The notes beneath the pieces are model-generated. The model was not told where the DNA came from, ran no database searches, and saw only the letters and a program-made list of their open reading frames with translations. Both the position numbers and the translations under genes were made by a program. A DNA stretch of 64,000 nucleotides from an uncultured Acidobacteriota bacterium. GTDB taxonomy: Bacteria; Acidobacteriota; Terriglobia; UBA7540. Positions within the stretch are counted from its first letter, which is position 1. Each line of letters starts with the position of its first letter. Positions 57,200-64,000 of the stretch are shown here, piece by piece. The stretch is taken from the NCBI GenBank assembly GCA_963804995.1, contig CAWDSK010000003.1, positions 544,001 through 608,000 on the forward strand, read 5' to 3'.

Positions 57200-58945
57200 C
57201 TAGTCCTCCAACGTCGAGAGGTCGCCGGTGGGCAGGCCTAATTCCCAGGCCTTCAGGACGCGGCGCATGATTTTCCCGCTGCGCGTTTTGGGTAGCTTTT
57301 CGCGGAATTCAATCTCGCGCGGAGCCGCGTGCGCCGCCAGTTTTTGCCGCACGAATTTCTGAATCTCATCTTTCAGCTCGTCGCTCGGTTTGTATCCTTC
57401 GCGCAGCGAGATGAACGCTTTGATGATGTGACCGCGCATGGCGTCGGGCTTGCCAATCACTCCGGCTTCGGCGACCGCCGGGTGCTCAACCAGGCAACTC
57501 TCGACCTCGAAGGGCCCCACGTTTTCGCCGGCCGTAATAATCAGGTCATCGACGCGCCCCTGGAACCAGAAATACCCGTCGGGGTCTTTGTAAGCGCTGT
57601 CGCCCGTCACGTACCAGCCCGGAATGCGGAAATAAGTCTCGTAGCGCTCCGGTTGTTTCCAGATGGTCCTCATCATACCGGGCCAGCCGGGCTTTATCAC
57701 CAAGTTGCCGAGCGTATTGGGAGGCACTTCCTTGCCCTCGTCATCGACGATTGTGGCGTGGACACCCGGCAGGGGCCGCCCCATCGAACCGGGCCGGATA
57801 GTCATAGAGGGATAATTCGAAACCAGGATATGTCCTGTTTCAGTCATCCACCAGTTGTCATGGATGCGCCGGCCGTAGGTTTTCCATCCCCACCACACCA
57901 CTTCCGGATTCAGCGGCTCCCCTACGCTCAGCACGTGGCGGAGGCTCGAGAGGTCATACTTTTCGACCACCTCTTCGCCCGCCCCCATCAGCATGCGGAA
58001 GGCGGTGGGCGCGCTGTACCAGATGTTCACGCGGAAGCGCTCGATGGTGTGGTACCAGTCGGCAGCGTTGAAGCGCCCGCCGCGGATGAGGTTGGTCATG
58101 CCGTTCAGCCAGGGTGAAAAGATTCCGTAGGAAGTTCCCGTCACCCAACCCGGGTCAGCCGTGCACCAATAGACATCGTCTTCGCGCATGTCGAGCACCC
58201 AGCGGCCCGTCATCAAGTGCCCGAGCATGGCGCGTTGGACGTGCAACACGCCCTTGGGTTTTCCCGTTGAGCCCGACGTGTAGTGGATGATCAGAGGATC
58301 GTCCAGCGTCAGCCACTCGATTTCCGTCTTCTCCTCGGCTTTGTCCATCAGGGCTTCGTAGCTATGCTGCGATTCCGACAACTCGCTGGCCGCCGCGCCC
58401 ACCAGGATAATGTGCTTCAGCGCGGGCAATTCGTATTGCGGCACGCGTTCGACGAGCGCCGGAGAGGTCACCAGCGCCACGGCTTCGGCGTTCGCCATGC
58501 GGTCCCTGACCGCGTCTTCCATGAAGGCCTCGAAGAGGGGGTTCGGAATCGCGCCGATCTTCAGGATGCCGAGGATGGCGATATAAAGTTCCGGGCGTCG
58601 TCCCAGGAATACAAACACCCGGTCGCCCTTTTTCACTCCCAGCTTGCGCAGAACGTTTGCGAAGCGGTTGGACTGTAGCGACAGGTCCTCAAAAGTAAAG
58701 CGCGAGGTGTGTTCCTTGTCGGTATAAATCAGCGCCAGCTTGTTGCGACGGCCGCGCGTCAACTGGCGGTCAATGGCCTCGTGCGCCATGTTGACCTTGC
58801 CGGTTTTTGCCCAATCAAATTCCTTCTCTGCGTCTTCCCAGCGGAACGTCGAGTAAAGCCCCTCATAATCCTTCAGATGGTGGGCCTGGGGATCGTCCAC
58901 CGGCTTCAAGACATTCAGCGGGTCCGCAGACGCTTTCGTGGCCAT
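57200..58945 (-). CDS. acsA: Acetate--CoA ligase
   Basis: YTSGSTGKPKG, WCTADPGWVTG, SVGEPLNP, DNWWMTETG and LPKTRSGKIMRR. Confidence 0.95.
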   Translation of the reverse strand: MATKASADPLNVLKPVDDPQAHHLKDYEGLYSTFRWEDAEKEFDWAKTGKVNMAHEAIDRQLTRGRRNKLALIYTDKEHTSRFTFEDLSLQSNRFANVLRKLGVKKGDRVFVFLGRRPELYIAILGILKIGAIPNPLFEAFMEDAVRDRMANAEAVALVTSPALVERVPQYELPALKHIILVGAAASELSESQHSYEALMDKAEEKTEIEWLTLDDPLIIHYTSGSTGKPKGVLHVQRAMLGHLMTGRWVLDMREDDVYWCTADPGWVTGTSYGIFSPWLNGMTNLIRGGRFNAADWYHTIERFRVNIWYSAPTAFRMLMGAGEEVVEKYDLSSLRHVLSVGEPLNPEVVWWGWKTYGRRIHDNWWMTETGHILVSNYPSMTIRPGSMGRPLPGVHATIVDDEGKEVPPNTLGNLVIKPGWPGMMRTIWKQPERYETYFRIPGWYVTGDSAYKDPDGYFWFQGRVDDLIITAGENVGPFEVESCLVEHPAVAEAGVIGKPDAMRGHIIKAFISLREGYKPSDELKDEIQKFVRQKLAAHAAPREIEFREKLPKTRSGKIMRRVLKAWELGLPTGDLSTLED

Positions 58946-58976
58946 TTTGGAAACCTCGTTAGTGGGAATTTGGTCT

Positions 58977-59132
58977 AAGGGCAGTGGCTAGTGGTTAGTG
59001 GCTAGTGGATAGTGACGAGCGCCTCCGAGATCCTAAGTGGGAAGAATCACTCCAATTTTGTTGGCTTCGGACCTCGGACGCCGGAAACGATTCTTGCTAG
59101 CCACTAGCCACTAACCACTAGCCACTGCCCTT
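58977..59132. repeat. Perfect 32-bp inverted repeat built from GTGGCTA heptamers
   Basis: 58977-59008 AAGGGCAGTGGCTAGTGGTTAGTGGCTAGTGG is the exact reverse complement of 59101-59132. Confidence 0.9.
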
Positions 59133-60442
59133 CCATATGCTTCATCCAGCAATTCGATCACATGCATCACCCGCTGCCCCTTGCCCTGGCGCTTCACGCC
59201 GGCGCTGAGTTGCAGCAGGCACCCGGGATTGGCAGTCAGCACCACTTCTGCACGTGTCTCTTCAATGCGGCGCAACTTGTTTTCCAGCAGCCGCTCCGAC
59301 ATCTCGTTGTGCACAACATTGTAAACGCCCGCGCTGCCGCAGCAGATGTCAGCTTCCTTCAGCTCCACCAGATCCAGCCCCGGGATGGCGGCCAGCAGCT
59401 TGCGTGGCGCCGTCCGGATACGCTGCGCGTGCCCCAGATGGCAGGGGTCCTGATAAGTTGCCCGCACTTTCATTATTCCCAGTTCCCGGTTCAAGTCAAT
59501 CCCCGCGAGGAATTCCGTGACGTCGCGCAATTTTTCGACGAAGGCCTTGGCGGGCTCATAAAGCTCCCGGTCTTCCTCCTCGAAGAGCAGCGGATACTCC
59601 TTGAGGACGGAGCCGCAGCCTGCGGCGTTGGTGATCACCGCGTCGAAGTCTCCGGCCAGGAACGCATGGATGTTGCGTTTCGCGAGGTCACGAGCCATGC
59701 CGCGCATGCCCGCGTGCACGTGCAAGGCGCCGCAGCACCCCTGGTCGCCTGGAATCACGACCTCGCAACCGTTTTTCGCGAGCACGCGCACCGTAGCGTC
59801 ATTGAGCCGCGCGAAGGAGAGGTTCGCAATGCATCCCGCAAAGAAGGCCACGCGGTAGCGCCGCGTCCCCTCCGCCTCAACGGTCGTCCCCAGGCGTCCA
59901 TAGAAGAAGGGTTTCTCCATGCGGGGCGCGAGTTCCGCCACGCGCGCCAGGCGACCGGGAAACAATTTCAAGACGCCTGAGCCCAGCACCAACTTTTCAA
60001 GCCCTGAGCGCTGATAAACGCGCAGCATGCCGCCCAACAATTTCAAACGTCCCGGATGCGGCAAGACTTCACAATAAAAGAGCTTGCGCAGCAAGGTGGT
60101 GAGCGGCGGACGGTGATAGTATTTTTCGATTTGCCCGCGCGCCGCTTCCACCAGCTTGCCGTACTCAACTCCGGAGGGGCACGCGGTTTCACACGCGCGA
60201 CAGTCAAGGCACAGATCGATGTGGCGGACAAAACTTTCACCGAGCGGCAGGCGGCCTTGCTCTACCTGAATGATCTGGTAGATGCGCCCGCGGGGCGAAT
60301 CCATCTCCACACCCAACTCGCGATAGGTGGGGCAGGCGTTCAGGCACAAGCCGCAGTGCACGCAGCGGGAATAGTCCGCCCAACGCGGCGCCTCACCCGG
60401 GCCGTAGCCGTTGCGCTTTTCGTCCTTGTTCAAATTCTCCAC
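59111..60442 (-). CDS. glcF: Glycolate/lactate oxidase iron-sulfur subunit
   Basis: CVHCGLCLNACPTY, CLDCRACETACPSG and two CCG domains; downstream of glcDE. Confidence 0.9.
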   Translation of the reverse strand: MENLNKDEKRNGYGPGEAPRWADYSRCVHCGLCLNACPTYRELGVEMDSPRGRIYQIIQVEQGRLPLGESFVRHIDLCLDCRACETACPSGVEYGKLVEAARGQIEKYYHRPPLTTLLRKLFYCEVLPHPGRLKLLGGMLRVYQRSGLEKLVLGSGVLKLFPGRLARVAELAPRMEKPFFYGRLGTTVEAEGTRRYRVAFFAGCIANLSFARLNDATVRVLAKNGCEVVIPGDQGCCGALHVHAGMRGMARDLAKRNIHAFLAGDFDAVITNAAGCGSVLKEYPLLFEEEDRELYEPAKAFVEKLRDVTEFLAGIDLNRELGIMKVRATYQDPCHLGHAQRIRTAPRKLLAAIPGLDLVELKEADICCGSAGVYNVVHNEMSERLLENKLRRIEETRAEVVLTANPGCLLQLSAGVKRQGKGQRVMHVIELLDEAYGRAVASG

Positions 60443-60490
60443 GCTCGCTTGGTTTCCAGTCTTAGTGGTCTCTGCGAATTGTGTGAAGTA

Positions 60491-60933
60491 ACCCCTCACC
60501 CGTCCCGCCCCGGCTGATGAAAACGCCGGCGGCGGTCCACCCTCTCCCCTCGGAGAGGGCTATGAATTCACGTTCTTCCCTTATCCAACTATATTGACTC
60601 TCCTTCGAAGTGCGCTAGTACTTGCTTGGATTAATTCGCGCATTTTTAAGTCGTTGAAATCAAAGTGCGACCAACAGCCAGTTACGTACGCTAATTAAGT
60701 CAAGCAAGTACTAGTGCACCGGACACACAGGGCGTTCATGTTAGTGCTGACCCCCTCACGCCCCCCCGGACCCTCAATCGCCGCGGCGACCGAAGGGGGA
60801 GTTAGGTTGATTTCGTTCCCTCGGCCTCAAGTTCGGGGGGCTTGATTTGAATCCACAACCCTCGCCCCTTTGGGGGAGAGGGTGGACCGCAACCGGCGTC
60901 CTCATCAGCCGGGGCGGGCCGGGTGAGGGGGTC
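60491..60933. repeat. Family A palindromic repeats in inverted orientation bracketing an AT-richer spacer
   Basis: 60491-60560 and 60858-60933 are inverted family A copies; the spacer has GTGCGCTAGTACTTGCTTG / CAAGCAAGTACTAGTGCAC inverted repeats. Confidence 0.75.
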
Positions 60934-60982
60934 CCAACGCCACTCCATGATGTAAGGCCAAATCCCAGCACCCATCCAAAAT

Positions 60983-62320
60983 CTAAAATCCCAAGAACCG
61001 TCCCGGCGACAGAATCCCTTTCGGATCCCAGGCGGATTTCATTTTGCGCATGGCTTCGATGTCATCGCCGGGCGCGCCCCAGACATCGACTTGGGCTTTA
61101 AGCTCCGCCGGGCAATGCTCGATGACCAGCGACCCGCCCAGATCGCCAGCGGCTTTGCGGAGGCGCGCCACCAAGTCGCCTGACTTCTCACTGAACTTCT
61201 CTTCCAGCAGGCAGACGTGGACAATGCCCACACCCGCAAAAACCGCGACCGATATGCGTTCCGCCGCAGCCGCCTGCTGCGCCTGTTCGAGGAATGTTTC
61301 GCCGGCGGCAATGGGCAGGGCGGCTTTCAGAACTGTCACATCGCGATATTTTTCCTTTAGCCACAGGGGAAGATTTGAGACCCGCTCCCACACCGTCTCC
61401 GCAGATTCCAGGCGCGCCATCATGGCGCCAGCGGCGCGGGCGAGTTGCCCCAAATCCCGTTCACAGCGTTCGATCACGCGGTGTGACCCACCCACTTCCA
61501 TCCAGAGTTCCAGACCGTTCTGCCCGGCATTCGATGCAGCACCATCGAGGAGACCGATGGCAGAATCATCCAGCAACGCCAGCCGCAGGGCATCAATCGG
61601 CGAACGCAGAATAATGCGACGTAGATCTCGCGCCGCGTCGAGGGTCGAGATCTCGAAAGCGAAGGTGGCGCGTTCCGGCGGCTTCGGATAAAGTTTCAGG
61701 TTGGCTTCCACAATGACGCCGAGCGTCCCGTATGAACCAATCAGAAGTTTGCTCAGGTCATAGCCGGCAACGTTTTTCACTACTCGCCCGCCGGTCTTCA
61801 AAATCTTTCCGTCGGTCGCGGCAATCTTCAATCCCAGGACCATATCCCGCGGGCCGCCATAGCCTTGCCGCAGGGGTCCCGCCGCGTTGGCCGCGATAAT
61901 CCCTCCGATGCTGGCCTTCGCGCCGCCCCTCGGATCGAGAGGCAGCCACAGCCCATGGCGCCCCACAAAGTTCTGGAGATCGCCGAACTTCATGCCGGGC
62001 TCGACGCTGATCGTCAGGTCAGCCGGCTCGTAGTGCCAAACCTGATTGAGTTCCTTTAATGATAGAGCGAGGTCGTATCGCCGCGGCGGGTTGCCGATCG
62101 AAAGCTTGGTGCCATTGCGAAAAGGAATAACGGCCAGTTCGTGCGCGGAGGCCAGGCTCAGCACTGCCGCCACCAGCTCTGCCGTGGGGGGGTAGACCAC
62201 GCAGCTTGGGACCTTGCCATCCACGGCCACGGCCGCACAGGCCTCGGGGTCTGTCACCACACGCGATTCGCCCAGCAGCGCTGTCAATTCCGCCCGCACG
62301 GATAGGAGCGCGACCGTCAC
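60983..62320 (-). CDS. glcE: Glycolate oxidase FAD-binding subunit
   Basis: YEPADLTISVEPG, ASIGGIIAAN, GGRVVKNVAGYDL.KL..GSYGTLG and WDPKGILSPGR; GTG overlaps the glcD stop. Confidence 0.9.
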   Translation of the reverse strand: MTVALLSVRAELTALLGESRVVTDPEACAAVAVDGKVPSCVVYPPTAELVAAVLSLASAHELAVIPFRNGTKLSIGNPPRRYDLALSLKELNQVWHYEPADLTISVEPGMKFGDLQNFVGRHGLWLPLDPRGGAKASIGGIIAANAAGPLRQGYGGPRDMVLGLKIAATDGKILKTGGRVVKNVAGYDLSKLLIGSYGTLGVIVEANLKLYPKPPERATFAFEISTLDAARDLRRIILRSPIDALRLALLDDSAIGLLDGAASNAGQNGLELWMEVGGSHRVIERCERDLGQLARAAGAMMARLESAETVWERVSNLPLWLKEKYRDVTVLKAALPIAAGETFLEQAQQAAAAERISVAVFAGVGIVHVCLLEEKFSEKSGDLVARLRKAAGDLGGSLVIEHCPAELKAQVDVWGAPGDDIEAMRKMKSAWDPKGILSPGRFLGF

Positions 62321-63744
62321 AAGACACCTCCCGCGGCCCGCTCCACACGCAATTCCCCGCACATTTTCCCAGTGGGCAAAAGCTTTCCGGGATTAAAGCG
62401 CCCCTGAGGATTGAAAAGGTTCTTGATCCGGCGCATCAAATCCAGATCGTCGTCGGAGAAAATCAACGGCATCAGGTCCGATTTTTCGAGGCCCACGCCG
62501 TGCTCACCGGTGATGGAGCCGCCCATCTCCACGCACTTGCCGATAATTTCTTTGGCGGCCTTGAGGACGCTCGCCGTCTGCTCCTTGTCGCGCGAATCGT
62601 ACATGATGAGAGGATGCAGGTTTCCATCGCCCGCGTGGAAGATGTTGCCAATGTGTAAATCGTATTTCTTCTCGATGTTGCCGATGAATTCCAGCATCTC
62701 CGGCAACTTGGTGCGGGGGATGACGCCGTCCTGAACGTAGTAGCTGGGACTGATGCGGCCCAGCGCCCCGAAGGCATTCTTCCTTCCCTTCCACAACAGG
62801 TCGCGCTCCTCCGCCGTCCGGGCGCGCCGCACATCACGCGCCTGATTCTCGCGGCAGACACTCTCAATTTCATCCGCGTGCTCTTCCACGGCTTCTTTCA
62901 AGCCCTCGACTTCCGCCAGCAACACAGCGGCGCAATCCATGGGATAGCCGGCATGGGTGGCTGCTTCCACGGCGCGCAAGGTGAATCCATCCATCATCTC
63001 GAGAGCGGCGGGCGTAATGCCCCGCGCCGTAATGGCAGCCACAGTGCGCGTGGCGTCCGCGATGCGGTCGTAAATGGCGAGGAGCGTTTTGACGGCTTCA
63101 GGCCTGCGCGAGAGCCGCACCGTTGCCGCCGTGACGATGCCGAGCGTCCCTTCCGAACCGACAATCACTCCCGTCAGGTCGTAGCCCGGCCGGTCCCAGT
63201 GCGCCGCGCCCGTATGCATCACTTCGCCATCGGGCAACACCACCTCCAAGCCCAGCACGTGGTTGGTGGTGACGCCATAGGCCAGAGTGTGCGGGCCGCC
63301 GGAATTCTCCGCCACGTTGCCGCCAATCGTGCAGGCCTTTTGGCTGGAGGGATCGGGGGCATAGTAGTAGCCCTCGTCGGCGACGGCGAGGGTGAGGTCG
63401 AGATTCACCACGCCGGGCTGGACGCGGGCGCGCTGGTTCTCTAAATCAATTTCGAGAATCTGCTTCATCCGCGAAAAGCCCACCAGGATGCCGCCCTCGG
63501 TAGCGACCGAGCCTCCGCTCAGGCCCGTGCCCGCCCCCCGCGCCACCACGGGCAGATCATGCCGTACGGCAAGTTTTACAATCGCGACCACATGCTCTGT
63601 CGTGCGGGGGAAGACCACGACGTCAGGCTGGCGCAAAGAGGAAAGGGCGTCGTACTCATAGAGCATCAGGTCTTCCTGATGCCATAAGACGCCGTCCTCG
63701 CCCACGATTTTGGCGAGTTCCCGAGCAAAACTCTTGGAATTCAT
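62317..63744 (-). CDS. glcD: Glycolate oxidase FAD-linked subunit
   Basis: RGAGTGLSGG, PDPSSQKACTIGGNVAENSGG, GSEGTLGI, FHAGDGNLHP and GEHGVGLEK. Confidence 0.93.
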   Translation of the reverse strand: MNSKSFARELAKIVGEDGVLWHQEDLMLYEYDALSSLRQPDVVVFPRTTEHVVAIVKLAVRHDLPVVARGAGTGLSGGSVATEGGILVGFSRMKQILEIDLENQRARVQPGVVNLDLTLAVADEGYYYAPDPSSQKACTIGGNVAENSGGPHTLAYGVTTNHVLGLEVVLPDGEVMHTGAAHWDRPGYDLTGVIVGSEGTLGIVTAATVRLSRRPEAVKTLLAIYDRIADATRTVAAITARGITPAALEMMDGFTLRAVEAATHAGYPMDCAAVLLAEVEGLKEAVEEHADEIESVCRENQARDVRRARTAEERDLLWKGRKNAFGALGRISPSYYVQDGVIPRTKLPEMLEFIGNIEKKYDLHIGNIFHAGDGNLHPLIMYDSRDKEQTASVLKAAKEIIGKCVEMGGSITGEHGVGLEKSDLMPLIFSDDDLDLMRRIKNLFNPQGRFNPGKLLPTGKMCGELRVERAAGGVL

Positions 63745-63908
63745 ACCGGCCCCTGAGTGCAATGTGCCCGCCGGATTGCGGGGATAGCGGGCCAATTGCG
63801 TGGGAATTTGATGCGGCCAAGCCAGCCCCTTACTCTCGGCGCGAGTATATCGCCGCGGCCGAGGGGCGTCAACGGAGGGGGGGTATGAAGATTCGAGCTG
63901 CGGCGGCG

Positions 63909-63945
63909 CAAAGGAAAGTCAAAAGGCAAAAGGCAAAAGTGAAAA
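63909..63945. repeat. Heptamer repeat (AAAAGGC-like)
   Basis: caaaggaaagtcaaaaggcaaaaggcaaaagtgaaaa. Confidence 0.65.
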
Positions 63946-64000
63946 GGGTTTGCTGGCGGCAGCTATCGGTCGAAGGCGGGAACCCCTTGACGCCCGGCCC

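Overview
This GC-rich bacterial window is most likely from Acidobacteriota (Terriglobia-like), based on two Oar-type TonB-dependent receptors, a CRTAC1/TPR pair, a sulfatase-TPR protein and an ADOP permease remnant. The housekeeping frame is pgk-(RAYT/IS200 tnpA)-tpiA-secG, then tRNA-Leu(GAG) and rnpB, with acsA and glcDEF at the right end. The main candidate system is a ~9.3 kb minus-strand cluster between secG and tRNA-Leu(GAG). It encodes a 7-heme cytochrome, an NHL propeller, two tandem OmcE-like tetraheme cytochromes, a large outer-membrane beta-barrel, a second NHL propeller and a ~12-heme cytochrome with its own OmcE-like N-terminal module. This fits a cytochrome-nanowire / porin-cytochrome extracellular electron transfer system outside Geobacterales. 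Second, an atypical FMN riboswitch, with a hairpin inserted in L2, sits directly upstream of a TonB-dependent receptor, a candidate outer-membrane flavin importer. Third, a ~5 kb islet encodes an XRE regulator, a truncated PD-(D/E)XK gene, a methyltransferase-specificity-HEPN-like fusion, a small helical protein and an HExxH peptidase, a candidate defence system. The rest is glycan/sulfate-ester utilisation genes, a sigma54 two-component system, transporters, duplicated four-helix-bundle genes, and many palindromic (REP/MITE-like) and heptamer repeats. At least four single-base frameshifts may be assembly errors. All family calls come from motif recognition by eye; no database search was run.
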